A stretch of 64,000 bases of DNA from the human T2T-CHM13v2.0 reference genome, Homo sapiens (GCF_009914755.1 NC_060942.1); one strand, 5' to 3'. Numbered from the stretch's first letter, positions 42,875 through 56,948 are shown. Notes: generated by a model not told the origin, from the sequence alone. A program made the numbers and translations.

Positions 42875-43529
42875 AATTAACGTTTCATTTCAATGCATCT
42901 CACCCTTTCCACCCAAATTAATTACTGTTACTTTACTGCCCACTTTACTTTTCCTTCTGTCCTTCCTCATTCACTGTTTGTAAAGAATGCACTTAACCCA
43001 TGGGTCATATGCAATACTAAAAAGCAACTTTTGTGATTTGAGACATTTGAGCTTATTTTTCTCGACCTTGAAAACAATGTTAATTCTCAAGGGAACAATA
43101 TGAAAGTGAGCATCTTTACCTTTGGAGACCTTAATAGTCTCTGCTACCACTAAAAATTATGAATTGTCTTATCTGAGAGATTTCATTATCTATAAAACTC
43201 TTCATTGGACTACTAAGGTTTGAAAGGCTAAAGTCAAAAGACAAATTGTGAGCCTAAAGATCTCTCTGGAAGAGAAGACACTGGCAAAATGCCAAGGGAC
43301 TTTCTTCACAATTCTAGGGCATTTCACCCATGAGACCTAGTAATGAGAATGAACTTCTTCCCATGATGTACTATTTGATTTGGCTTAGTTAGTAATTAGA
43401 ACCAGATGGTGATTTCAAAACTCCATTAACTTTAAATATATGTATATACCTTTAACTTCATTTTAATGAACATATATAGATATTTATTGGAAATCAATAG
43501 ATGGACTGTGGGTCTAACGGAAAGCACAA

Positions 43530-44115
43530 TTGTGCAGATACCACAGAATGTTACTTTTAAAACGTGACCTCAAATTATTTGATGCTCTTTCTATTGTGAA
43601 GTGGGACCCCCTTTCCTTGTATCTGAGTGGGCTTATAACTACTTTGACCAAGAGAATAGCATAGATATGACCCTCAGATTTTCAAGGCTAAGTCAGAAAG
43701 TCATATGTCTTCTGCCTTTTTCCCTGGAATATTTGCGCTGGAGTCCTGGGACATGATGTAAGGAATTTGACTATCTTCAGGCCACCATACTTTGAGGAAG
43801 CCCAAGCCACACAGAGAAGACTGAGGTAGAAGCGCGGGTCAAGAGTCCCATGCGAGACTAATTTTTGAGTCACTCCAGCCCAGGTGCCAATAAGGCAAGT
43901 GAAAAAGCCTCCAAATAGTTATAGATCCCAGCCCTTTGAGTCACCACTAGGTAATTGAGATTTCCAAGCTGAGCCCGGGACCTGAGAAGCAGGGATAAGC
44001 CATTCCCATTGTGTAAGCCCAAACTCCCGACTCACAGGATATCTGAGCGTAGTAAAAGGGTTGTGGTTTTGTGGTATGTGAGGTGATTGTTACACAGCAG
44101 TAGGTACCTAGAATG
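43530..44115 (+). mobile_element. MLT1F/G-like MaLR LTR
   Basis: ctttgaccaagagaatagc...aggctaagtcagaaag...tgaggaagcccaagccac...gttacacagcagtag. Confidence 0.75.
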
Positions 44116-44691
44116 CTCAGGTACTACAATGATGTGAACGAATCCTATCGCAATAAGATGGAAAAACAAATGAATCTCACAATATGCTCTTAATTTAAAA
44201 AATAACATGGTTCTTTAATGACAAGAGATTCAGAGTCAGAACCATAGTAAATGCCAGTAATTTATGCATGCAATCAATGCCATTTGATATAAATTATGAA
44301 CTATTTATTTACTTTAAAATCTATATCAAGCTTAACTAAAAACAAGAAACTTTATATTCTTTTAAGTAATTTTTCTGTTAAATATGCACCAAACTATTTC
44401 CATATAATTACTATAAAAATTAGACAAGAAAAGTAAATGCTTTTGTGAGCAGTAATTTAGCCAAGATTGCTTAATAACTACTAAAAACCACTGAGATGCA
44501 TATTACCCAGAAGGATAGCAGACAGACTTCAGAATTTGACTTTGGCTGTGTTGCATTGTTGTTTCAATGGGCTTCCCATTTAATGAAAATAGATACTTTG
44601 TAAAACTTTTCAGAATAAGCTATTCAATAATTTTTCCTATTCCTCTACATGAGAATATTTCACACTGTGTTTAAAAAAAAAATCCCCTTCA

Positions 44692-44982
44692 AGAGGCCGA
44701 GGTAGACGGATCACAAGGTCAAGAGATCGAGACCATCCTGGCTAACATGGTGAAACCCCGTCTCTACTAAAAATACAAAAAAAAAAAAAAAAAATTAGCT
44801 GGGCATGGTGGCTCATGCCTGTAGTCCCAGCTACTCGGAAGGCTGAGGCAGGAGAATCACTTCAACCTGGGAGGCAGAGGTTGCAGTGAGCCAAGATCAC
44901 ACCACTGCCCTCCAGCCTGGTGACAGAGCAACAGTCCGTCTCAAAAAAAAAAAAAAAAAAAAAAAAAGAAAAAAGAAAAAAA
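44692..44982 (+). mobile_element. AluSc, slightly 5'-truncated
   Basis: ggtcaagagatcgagaccatcctgg, cagcctggtgacagag; flanked by A-run plus tccc on both sides. Confidence 0.93.
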
Positions 44983-46939
44983 ATCCCTACTGACTTGGTT
45001 TTTTGTTTGTTTGTTTCTTAGGCATTTGCTCAGACTTAAAGTTTACTGGCTAATCAGCAAAATTCCCATATGTACTTATCTAACAGGAGAAAGAGAATAA
45101 AAAGACTATAAGTTACTATATACATCCAAGCCCTTACTAAGTTGGAACTTCTATTAAAAGTTGGCTGAGAGTTCCAAGTCTTTACAACCCTGAAGTAACA
45201 TACCGATAGGATCCCTGTTCAACTCTCAAACGACATTAGTTTTGGCTTCTATCAATAGCACGTTTCATGAAATGCCATGGATTGTGTGAAACATTATGCA
45301 CAGACCATGCACTATCAAAGCTGGAATAAATCTTGGAGGTTGAGTTTAAATCACCAATTTAACACTGGAGTTGAACTGTATCACTGACTATGTTACTGCC
45401 TCAACTATCTTACAAAAAAAAGCTGCTTATATTCTTTCCACTGGATGACCTTCCAGCTAAGTCACAAGTAAACTTATCTGTGGAGTGCAGCTTGGAATCT
45501 TAATGTAGGATGTCTGTCTGTCTGGCAGATTTCAGAGAGTTAATTGCAGTACAACCAGAATATTGATACCTTATTTTCCCATAATTTTTTAGATTGATAG
45601 CAGAACAACTAACAGGATGCTAAAACATAAATAAATGTCTACACTATGTCAAATGACTCATTTAATAGTGTTATCATGCAGAGATTTACTATGAGTTTAT
45701 GGTTATTTGTATTTCTTCATCAGTAGTTGACAATTTTTGCTCTATTCTGACATAATAAAATTTCCTTTGTCAAATCTTATTACTGAGACATGGACATCGA
45801 CCACAAGGCCAGCCTTTACTAGTCTATTTTATTTCCCTTCTTAAATCTTCGGGTTAGTAAAACTTCTAAGGAGAAGTTTGGCATGAAAATTGCAAGTAGC
45901 ACTGAATGTAAAGTGTTATATGGGATGATGAAGAGAGAATATAAAATGAATCTGATGGGACAGCTCAGAAATCTGAGATATAAAGCAAGCATGCATTCTT
46001 CTTTTCAGATTTTATTGATATTCTGGACCTAAGAGCCTCATAAAGCTATATGGAAGTCCTTCATGGATTACAAGGTATTAGGGGTGAATTCTTTAGAGAC
46101 CGGGGCATGAGTAGATTTCATTACAGCAGCTAAGAGTGCATTTTATCAGCCACAACTTAAATAGCTCAGTCAAAAAAAAAAAACACTTTATAATATCACT
46201 TGTCATAAATAAACAAGTAAATAAATATTATTACACCAAATAAAAGAAATGGAAATAACACAAAATGCAGATGTCTTGGATGACAGAAAATCATTAGGTA
46301 CTAATTCATATTAGCCTGTTAGGCTGTGTTGCTTTCCTATTAAACACTCAAAGTTTTTAAGAAAATACATAGAGCTTGTTTCTTTTTTCTAATTATATCA
46401 TGTATTTCAATGGCCAAATTTTCACTCTTCAAGTCTTGAGAATTAAAGCATTTATACCATATTTGACGGAGCGCTTGGCTTAATGAGAACTCAAACTCTG
46501 GCATTATTAACTCACAAGCAAAAGTTGAAAATGCATCTAATGCTTTGATATTCACAAATTTAAAGACAAATCCCTGTTTTTTAAAGGCTATTGCAAATAC
46601 TTTTTCAAATAAAAAGTATATAACCCTCTCATCTGTAGCTTCTCAAAATATAGGTTTTTTCCTACAAGTAAAGGAATGTTCAATTGATACAACATTTTGA
46701 AGAGGAGACACACACACACACACGCACACATGTATTATACATCACTGTACACATTTGCTTATATAGCATATATGATGATACACAAACATATATTTAATGA
46801 ATACAGGCTATTAATGGATTCTACAATTTTAAAGCTCAGGTCATATGTATGATAGAAACAATCTGTACATGATGTTTAAATGAAACACATCATTCTGTGT
46901 CTTGGAAATTCTGCAGAAAACAAGACAAGCAGGATAATT

Positions 46940-47280
46940 CCCAACAGGGAGTTTACAATGTAGCAGAGAAACACTTTCAGTAATTAAAACTTTAAATAGA
47001 TACATAGAAAATCAACAATTTCAAATTTTAAATTATATTAAAAATTGATATTTTGATCTTATGTGAAATGACAGGGTGAAGAGGAGCTAATTTGGCTAGG
47101 ATATGTAGTGGGACCTCACAGAAGAGGTGGTATTTGAGGTATGATCTAAAAGATGAGAGAGATCACTGATTCAAAAAGCCTGCATGACTCAGGGAGTGGT
47201 GTGAGCAAATGCAAAGATACGGAGGTAGCTCAATGAGGCAAGTGTGAGTGAGAGAAGTAGTAGAAAAACAGGACCAACTG
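46940..47280 (-). mobile_element. L2 fragment
   Basis: acctcacagaagaggtggtatttgag...gcaaatgcaaagatacggagg. Confidence 0.55.
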
Positions 47281-47333
47281 TGTTTGAAAACCTACTTAAT
47301 CATCTTTTAGCGTGTCCTTTGAGAGGTAATATC

Positions 47334-47558
47334 TAGCAAAGAAGACAAAAGAACTTTGATGTTTCATAACTTAGTAATTACTGGGTAATATAATCATTTT
47401 TTCATCACAAATTATTTAGGTCTCTGACATCTCATTTTAGACATGTAGCAAAGAAGACAAAAGAATCTTGGTGTTTCATAGCTCAGTAACTACAGGGTAA
47501 TATAATCGTTTTATCATCACAGATTAGTTAGGTCTGTGACATCTGGTTTTAGAGTATG
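47334..47558. repeat. Two-copy 112-bp tandem duplication
   Basis: Copies start tagcaaagaagacaaaagaa at 47334 and 47446. Confidence 0.95.
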
Positions 47559-49344
47559 CAGGTAAATATTTATCTCAATTTGGGACAATGTGATGAGGAA
47601 CACAGCACTGAGAGATGTGTGACAGTTTTCTTGAAAAGTTCTTGTCTTTGAAACAGCTCTGTGAACTACAGATTTAAACCAACAAGCGGGTCGATTTGAC
47701 TCCATTCATTCATTCCATTTATCTTCCCACAAATATTTACAACATATAGCATATAGCATATCTGCTTATATGCTTCAAATAGAGAGACAGGTAAAAAGTC
47801 CATTACTAGAAAAGCTGAGAGGTATCATACTTGAGAAGGAGGAGCTGATTCACATATTGCATATTTCTGTTTGCAGAGCCTTGCCCATAATATGATCACA
47901 GTCCATAGCTGATAAATGGCAGAAATGAGATATGACCCTTTGTCTACATAATTTTTCTTTCCCTCTCCTATTCTTTCTTTAGTAATGATTATATTCTTGC
48001 TTGCCTTTTTACTTTCTTTTTTCTTTTCCTTTTGTTTTTCTTTGATGAGTTTTCAGATTAGTTCACAAATTTTCTTATAATTCTGTCTTCCCTTATGTAA
48101 GTTATCCTTTCATAATCTCTTTCTGTGAACCATAAAGGGTAAATAAAATTTCCTATTTACCTTAATTGATAAATTAGGGACTCTAATTGATAAATTAATC
48201 AAAGCACTGAAATGTTAAGATGGCAAAAGGAGCATCCACATACAGGACAGAGCCATGGAGAAAAACAGTGGCAGATAAACTCAGATTTTCAATGAATCGT
48301 TATGGGACCAGGATGTAGGTTGATGAGGGAATTTTGTCAGGTGTCAAAGGATGTCAGGTTTTTGGAAAGAGAAATTAAGAAAAATTACTTGAAAATCACA
48401 ATCTGCACAAAAAGACTATCTCTTCTATTTCCTGGCCCCGCATTATTTGAGAGGCATGCAAGCAGGAAGTTTTCTTAAGAAGCAGTCAGATTTAAGTTAG
48501 AGCTAGAAGTGACTAGAAACTCAACAGAAGAAAATGACCCACTAGGAAACATACGCACTAGGATTCAGGCAAAGAAGTAGCAGAAAGGAATATTTGTCCG
48601 CTTTTGACTTATTTAAAGGTTGGGAAATTCAAAAGCTGAGGCTGAGGGAAAACAAGTTGTGGAAAGGATTACATGATGGCTGGAGCAGGCATTTTAGATT
48701 ATTAACAACTGCAGCACTGTTGCAGATTTCTATGAATAATTCAAATGAAGTGACAGGGGAAAACTTTAGCAGCAGGCATTATTTAAGGGTTTAAGCAGCA
48801 ATTGCCATCCAGATACAGGACTGAAAAAAAAACAAGGACCTCGGTTTTAGAAATTCTGGAAGAAATCAGGATATATGTATTCTGTGGCACACAGTATTTT
48901 CTTAAAGACCATAGAGAAAACTTCTGGCAGCCCATAAAACTCATTCTCCTCTTCTTCTATTGTAATGAACAGCCAGATTCAAGGCTGTGAACTAGCCTGT
49001 GGTTTCTAGCTTCCTAACAGTTAGGCATGGTTAGTGATTAAATACAAAACTATGTATGTTGGCACAATTAGTACATTTTTAATGTTTTAATATATTTCTA
49101 GCTTCTTTGTAGAAATACAAACAACTATGAATTAATATTTCTCTTTTTTTCCAAATTTTGATACATATGTAACATACTATTACAACTCTCTGTTTTCCCC
49201 TTCATTTAACATATAACTTCTATATATTCCATTGAACATAAAAAGCAGAAAGCATGGTCATTTTTTACTTCTTTGGTAGTACATAGTATTATATTTTATG
49301 GATTTACCATATTTTACTTAAACACTCAACTTTATTAGATATCT

Positions 49345-49720
49345 AGGTTAATTCATTCACTCAACTTATCTGCATTAAATCCTACTATGACCAGGATTAT
49401 TTCAGATTTTTATAAATGAACAAAACAGATAATGATTGAAACCTTCTTGTAATTTATATTGTAGAGGGGAGAGGCAGACAATATGGGAACTATGTTCCAA
49501 TAAAAGGAAAGGGTATTATTCCAGCACATACCTAGTATATTTGAAGAATCGTAGGAAAGCCAATGGGCCTGGGGCACAGGAGGTAAAGTGGGAAATGGCA
49601 GAAGATGAAGATGAGATCAAAGAGCAGCCACTGGAAGTGCTTGAATATTTTCTCTGAGAGAATTGCAGAATCATTGCAGGCTTTAGGCAGTGAGTTGATT
49701 TGACTCAGTTTTTTAATCAC
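49345..49720 (-). mobile_element. L2 fragment within old L1M sequence
   Basis: attcattcactcaac...tatttgaagaatcgtaggaaagccaatggg. Confidence 0.6.
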
Positions 49721-50004
49721 CAACAATACTGCAATAAATGAATTTTTACACTTGTCATTTATGTATTCCAAGTATTAGTGTAAGATAATTCCTAGGGTTT
49801 AGGCTCATAGCAAAAAGATATATACTTTAAAAAATTTGATAGCTATTGCCAGAAATGCCTCCCAATAGAGGCTGCATTATTTTACACTCCCATTGGCAAC
49901 ATACGACTATCTGTTTCTGTTGTGTTTTTATTTCTGTTCTCTTTTTCTGGTGTTCATGTACATGTATTGTCATTGTTGTTTTAATATGAAAGAAATTGCT
50001 TTAA

Positions 50005-50127
50005 AAAATAGAGATGGGGTCTCCGTATGTTGTCAAGGCTGGTCTTGAATTCCTGGGCTCAAGTTAATCTCCTGACTCAGCCTCCCAAAGTAATGGGATT
50101 ACAAGAGTGAGTCACAGCACACAGCTG
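50005..50127 (-). mobile_element. FLAM/Alu monomer
   Basis: agagatggggtctccgtatgttgtcaaggctggtcttgaattcctgggctcaag. Confidence 0.85.
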
Positions 50128-50964
50128 AGCTTACCCTTTCTTTTTTTTCCTATTTGCTGTGGGTGTTATTATATTAGATATAAAGGATTTAAACAAGTTT
50201 ATATGAAGATAGAAAGTTTTCTGTATAAAAGGTGCAATTTGGTATTCTAGAAGAATGTGAGATAATAAGTTGATGTGACATCTAAAGATTCAGGACAGCA
50301 CACCACTTGTAAATACAGGAACAATTATGGACCTGACATTGGTGAAGAAATTTCCATTTTAAGGAAACAAGAGGTATGCATAGATGTGGACAAGACTGTT
50401 GGTTTGTTGGAAGCTAGAATTGGGCTTTACAACTTCATGTATTCTATTTTCTTTATGAAGTGGTAGTCAGGGTGGGGGGGTGTCTATTGAGAAGAAAAGT
50501 GATTGTGAATAAGGGAAGCAAGTATAAAAGATTAACTATCTCTTATCTCTTGTAGAGAATGAGAAAGAAGATTGTTTAGTGAAACAATTCAGCTGAAACC
50601 TGTTAGAACACTAATCACACTGGTGACTATGTCAGTTGGCTCAAGTGTGTGACTTTTTTTTCCAGTTTCTCAGAAGTGTATGTTCAAATAAACAGAATAC
50701 AGGTAGTAGGATTTATCCAAGGCTAGATGCTTGCTGGGAAGATAGGATGAAAAGACATCAGGTCAAAGTTGTTTAGAAATTCTTCAAAGAGAGTTTGAAG
50801 CATTGGACTGTAAAATCCAAGCTAGGAAGAAGAAATGCATTCTAAAAACTTTTGAAAAATTTTTATTCTCTCCTTCTCTTTAGCACTACATACCATAATC
50901 TGTATCATGGTACAGAGCTTCATCTATCCTCTATCAGAGACAATAAAATTTTTGAAATTAATTC

Positions 50965-51400
50965 CTTTTGACAAATTAAAAAGTATATATGTATTTTGTG
51001 CAGCATGATGTTTTGAAGTATGTACATATATTATGGAATGGCTAACCAACAAATGTGTTACTTCACACACTTATATTTCTGTGGTGAGAACACTCAAAAT
51101 CCACTCTCTTTGTTATCTTAAATAATACAATACATTGTTACTAAATATCATCACCATATTATATGCCATTTCTCTTGAACATATTGTTCCTGCGTGTCTA
51201 AAATTGTGTATCCTTTGACTAGCATTTCCCAAACCCGACCCTCTCTTTCTAATAATGATTCTAATCACCATTCTACTCTTTGCTTCTGTGAAGTCAACTT
51301 TGTAAAAATTCCACCTATAAGTGAGATCATGCTGTATTTGTCTTTCTGGGCCTGGCTTATTTTACTTAACAGTGTTCTCTAGGTTCATCCCTGTTGTCAC
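50965..51400 (-). mobile_element. L1MA (MA6/7-like) 3' end
   Basis: gtggtgagaacactcaaaatccactctctt...ataagtgagatcatgctgtatttgtctttct. Confidence 0.85.
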
Positions 51401-52390
51401 AATATATACAACAAATTTTGACTGCCATTGTTAATTAACAAAATTCATGGAATGTAATCAAACTGGACTTCATTTTTTTCCCCACACATTCTTTAAATAT
51501 TCTCACGAAAAGTAGTCTGTCTCTTGCCAATCTTGCAGTCCCTTGACATTGGCAATCACTCTCATGAAAAAAAAAATAAAACTTTTAAAAACTCTCATGT
51601 TGAGTTGCAAACAGTCTGAATTCAGCAAGGAATTAGCACTTTGAACATGACTTACACTTTTGTCTCACAACGATGAGGTTTGATGTGTGTGAAGCAATTT
51701 CTGACTTTCTGTTTCTGTACATATTTCTACCTGCAGTACTAGATACCATTTTTTACATTCCTGGTAAAAGCAGGGGAAGAGCATGGTAGTTAAGAACAGT
51801 AGAAAGTTCTTTACTGACTTCTATTTTCACACATTATTTGTGATCTCTGGGCCTGAACAAAATTGAAATCTTTCTGTCTCCACAAAGCATCTATTTGCAT
51901 GGTCTTCAGAGACCCCAACAATGCTGTTTTTCTTTCACTATTATTTCTGTTGAAGTGAGTGGGTGTGGCGCTTGTTTGTCTGTGTCTGCTCCCTGGAACC
52001 AGGTGGTGAACAGCCAGACTCCAGCTTCTTCTTCTCTGTTAAGGCCTGAGCAACCTAAGTGATACCTATGCAGCTCTTTCCCTGCTCCTAGAAGTTGCCT
52101 TAGGGTCATGGGAAACTAATTCAAGCTTTACCCTACCTTCGAGTTCAGCTACTTCCCAACAAAGCCTTCTCTCTCTTTCTCTCCTCTCTTATTCTCCCTC
52201 TCTCTCTTTTGCTCTCTCACTGTCTCTTTCTCTCTCCTACCACTCCCTCAGGCAAACAGAAACAGTTTCTGGCTTTCAGACTCCTCAGCCATACATCAGA
52301 CAAAACTATGTCCATACAAACTTACAGGACATGTATTAGTTTCTCCTATTTGTTCTAGAGAAGCCCAACCTCTTTTCTGAATAGAAGGGG

Positions 52391-53915
52391 AATAATATTA
52401 TAATATATAATATATTGATGTAATATATAATATTAATTTTAATTATATTAATAAAATATAAATTAAATTTAATTATATTAATATTAATATATTATATATT
52501 ATATTATAATGTATAATATAACATATACTATCTAATATAATATATATTATAGATATAATATAATATATTATATATTATAGATATAATATAATATATTATA
52601 TATTATAGATATAATATATTATATATTATAGATATAATATATTATATATTATAGATATAATATATTATATATTATAGATATAATATATTATATATTATAG
52701 ATATAATATATTATATATTATAGATATAATATAATATATCATTATAGATGTAATATAATATATTATATATTATAGATATAATATAATATATTATGTATTA
52801 TAGATATAATATAATTTATATTATAGATATAATATAAATTATATTATACATATAATATAATTTATATTATAGATATAAATTATATTATAGATATAATATA
52901 ATTTATATTATAGATATAATATATAATATAATAATATATATTATCCATATATAATATAATATATTATGTAGTATATTATATATAATAATATAATATATTA
53001 TATATTATATAACATATATATTATATTATATATTATATAACATATATATGTTATATAATATATTATATATTATATATTATATAATATATAATATATTATA
53101 TTATAATATATTATATATTATATATTATATATAACATATATATTACATATAACATATATAATATAACATATAATATAATATATATTATATATTATTTATA
53201 ATATATATTATATATAATATTATATATAATATATTATATATATTATATAATATATATTATATTATATATTATATTATATATAATATATAATATATTATAT
53301 ATTATATTTTATATAATATATAATATATTATATATTATATTTTATATAATATATAATATATATTATATATTATATAAAATATAATATATAATATATTATA
53401 TATTATATATAATATAATATATAATATATATTATATTATATATAACATATATATTAAATATATTATATTATATAACATATATATTATATATTATATATAA
53501 CATATATATTATATATATTATATATTATATATAACATATATATTATATATATTATATATTATATATAACATATATATTATATATATTATATATAACATAT
53601 ATAATATAATATATTATATATAACAATATATAATATAATATATTATATATAACAATATATAATATAATATATTATATTATATATTATAATATATTATATT
53701 ATATATTATAATATATATTATATATCATAATATATATTATATATCATATATCATATATTATATTATATATTATATATAACATAATATATTATATGTTATA
53801 TATAATATATAATATAATAAATTATATATTATAACATATAATATAATATATAATATATAATATATTATTATATGTTTTTATATATTATAACATATTATAT
53901 AATATATAGCATAAT
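52391..53915. repeat. About 1.5-kb AT-rich low-complexity/minisatellite island
   Basis: Almost exclusively A/T; sub-arrays marked by atagat (about 52530-52920) and taacat (about 53000-53900). Confidence 0.97.
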
Positions 53916-54134
53916 TCATGAGGTTATGTAACATATATGATTTATTGGTGAAGATTTAAAATAATAGAGGAGTAATTATATTTTTATTGATTGTTCATTC
54001 AAGCCATCATGCAAAGATTAAATGTAATATCCAGACATGAGGTTTTTTTCTTCAGGTCCTCAAGTCCAAGCACCATCCTTCAATCTCTTTATTTTCAAAC
54101 ACAACACTCCTGGCTTCTTTAACATCTCCCATTC

Positions 54135-54668
54135 AAAAAAAAATAAAGAAAGAAAGAAAAGAGAAGAGAGGGAGAATGAGAGGAAAGAAAGAAACATCTT
54201 TAACATCTCCCATTCGAAAAAAGAAAGAAAAAAGAAGAAGAAAGAAAGAAAGAGTGAGGGAGGGAGGGAAGGGATGGAGGGAGGGAGGGAAGTGAAAGAA
54301 GGAAGGAAGGAGAAAGAAGGAGGGAAGACAAGAAAGAGAAAGAAAGAAAGGAAAGGAAGAAGGAAAGAGGAAGGAAGGAAGGAAAGAAAGAAAGAAAAAG
54401 GAAGGAAGGAAAGAAAGAAAAAAAGAAAAAGAAAAAAGAAAGAAAGAAAAAAGAAAAAGAAGAAAGAAAGGAAAAAAAGAGAGAAAGAAAGAAGGAGGAA
54501 GGAAGGAGGGAGGGAGGGAAGGAAGGAAGGAGAAAGAAAGAAAAACGAAAGAAAGAAAAGAGAAGGAAAGAAAGAAAGAGGAAGAAAGAGAAAGAAAACA
54601 AAAGAGAAGTGGGGAAGAGGGAGGGAGAGGGAGGAAGAAAGGGAGGAAGGAAAGAAGGAACAAAGAAA
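54135..54668. repeat. Polypurine (GAAA/GGAA/GGGA) tract
   Basis: Read directly; generates the K/E/R-rich and F/L/S-rich pseudo-ORFs. Confidence 0.97.
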
Positions 54669-55453
54669 TGCAACAATGTTATTTGCATAATGCCCTGGCT
54701 CTGAAAAATGTTCATATTCAAACAATAGAGATCTTTGCATCATAACATTTCCTAATACCATGTATTTAACCATAGTTACGTCATTGCACAAGATGCTATG
54801 TCATCTGTCTTGCTGCCCATTGAGGCTGGCTTCAAAGCATTACCACATAGTTAGATACTATGTTTATTTGAGCACAACTGCAAGTCTTAGCCAGAGTAAA
54901 CTTTGAATATACTTTTCCAAATATCTGTTCTCTTGAACTCTTTATACCATAGTCATTGCATTCCTAGTTTGTGATAGATATCATTGGATATGGAGTGCAC
55001 TCCCATCTTCCAAAATCACAGCCAGGTATAGAATAAGCAAGGGGCCCATGGTAGGAACAAACAGAGTGGTTCCATTAGCACAAGATAGTTCCTCTTGTAT
55101 ACAGTGCATTTTAAGACTGCTCCCGAAAACACAATGTCACCACATGAATTAGCAATGAGAGAGGTCATGATTGGACACAGTTTTGGTGCTGCCAAGTGTG
55201 ATCCTGAATGGCCTTGAAGGACATGTGTGTGGGCAGTCTCAAAGGACTGACTGGCCTGTGGAGCAGAGCATGTGGAGGGTGCCGGGTAACTACCTTGGGT
55301 GACTGTAGTGGGAGGTACACAGAGTAAAAGAGTCCCATTATCCTTCCGTCAACATCAGTGCTATAGACTAGAGGCAGTACTATGGTTAGAAAATAGCTGA
55401 GTAAGAGCCAATACATGGGTCCATATATATGGCTAGAGCCAAGGGTCACCGAA

Positions 55454-55650
55454 TGCTACAGTTTGAATGTCTCCTTTGAAACTCATGTTGAAATTTAATT
55501 GCCACTGTTACAGTATTGAAATGTTGGGCTTTAAGAGGTTTTTAGGTTATGAGGGCTAAACTCTCATGAATGAATTCATATATGGGAGTGGGCCCCTGAA
55601 AAAAGGTTGATGTTGGCCCTCATTTGCTCTCTCTGTCTCATGTAATGTGG
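55454..55650 (+). mobile_element. MST-family MaLR LTR, partial
   Basis: tgctacagtttgaatgtctcc...aaactcatgttgaaatttaattgcca. Confidence 0.75.
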
Positions 55651-55822
55651 CATTCAGTTACAGAAGCAAAAAGTGGACTAAGACACTGAAGAAGCTTTGA
55701 TATCCCATAGCCTTGAATTTGTCCTCTGACAAAAAATTACCCCAAATCAGTCTATTAGCATCATTCTGGAAGCTCAGTTTTGGGAATCTCACACACACAA
55801 AAATATTGTGCTTATCATGGGA

Positions 55823-56216
55823 TAATATAGTTTGGATGTGCGTCCCCTGCAAATCTCATGTTAAAATGTGATCACCAGTGTTGGAGGTGGGGCTTGGTGG
55901 GAAGTGTTCGGATCATGAGGGTGACTCCCTCATGAATGGCTTGGTGCCGTCTTTTTGTTAACAGGTGAGTTCTCACTCTGAGTTCATGCAGGAGCCTGGC
56001 ACCTCCCCTTTCTCTGCCTTGCTCCTTCTATTGCCATGTGACACCCAACACCCTGGCTCCCTTTCATCTTGATTTTATGTTTCCTGAGGCCCTCACCAAA
56101 AGCAGACTTCGGTACTATGTTTCATATACAGCCTACAGAACCGTAAGCCAAATAAACCCATTTTTAAAAAATTAGTCTCAGGCATTCCACTGTAGTAACA
56201 CAAGTAGACTAACACA
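55823..56216 (+). mobile_element. MSTB-like MaLR solo LTR
   Basis: atagtttggatgtgcgtcccctgcaaatctcatgtt...gtgttggaggtggggc...agactaacaca. Confidence 0.88.
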
Positions 56217-56483
56217 AGGGGACAATTCACTTTTGAGATCGTTCTCCTGGAACTGAAAGATGAGTGTGAATCCTAGATCTTCTTAATTCATTTCCAACCT
56301 CATGTGTAGAAGTAGAGGCCTTCAGAGAGCCTAAAAGGGGATAAAGAGCCAGGAGCTCACAGAAGTCTCTTTCCCGACTAAGAAAACCATGCCTGGACTA
56401 CACAGCTGGTCCCAGATTGGCCTAGGCACTAGAGAAGGAAACCTAGAAAATATTATGAAAATCATTTCAAGGACTCCAGTCTC

Positions 56484-56948
56484 TGTCTTAGCTTCCTGGG
56501 ACTGCTTTAAAAAAAAAAAAAAAAAAAAAAGGTCCCACAAACTGGCTTAAAACAACAGAAATGTATTCTCTCACATACTTTACATACTTTGAAACTGGAA
56601 GTCTGAAATCGAGTTGTCAGTGGAGCTTTGCTTCTTCTGAAGGCTCTAGGGAAGAATCTTTTCTTGCCTCTTCTAGCTTCAAGTAGTTGCCAGATATCCT
56701 TGATGTTCCTTGGCATTGCACCAATTTCTGCCTGTGCCTTTACAGGGCCTTCTCTTCTCTGTGTCTCTGCTCCAAATTTCCCTTTTCTTATAAGGGCATC
56801 AATCATATTGGATTTAGAGCCCACCCTAATCTGGTATGACTTCATCTTAACTTGGTTACATCTGCATAGACACTATTTACACATAAGGTTTTGTTCTGAG
56901 GTTCTGGGTGGACATGAACTTTGAGGGGAAATTATTCAACCGTAGGCA
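56484..56948 (-). mobile_element. MLT1B/C MaLR LTR with an internal A-run
   Basis: ggcttaaaacaacagaaatgtattctctcac...attggatttagagcccaccctaat. Confidence 0.85.

Noticed and set aside
54037-54791. Four long overlapping ORFs (173-243 aa)
   Set aside because: They translate a purine/pyrimidine simple repeat that lacks stop codons; no domain is present
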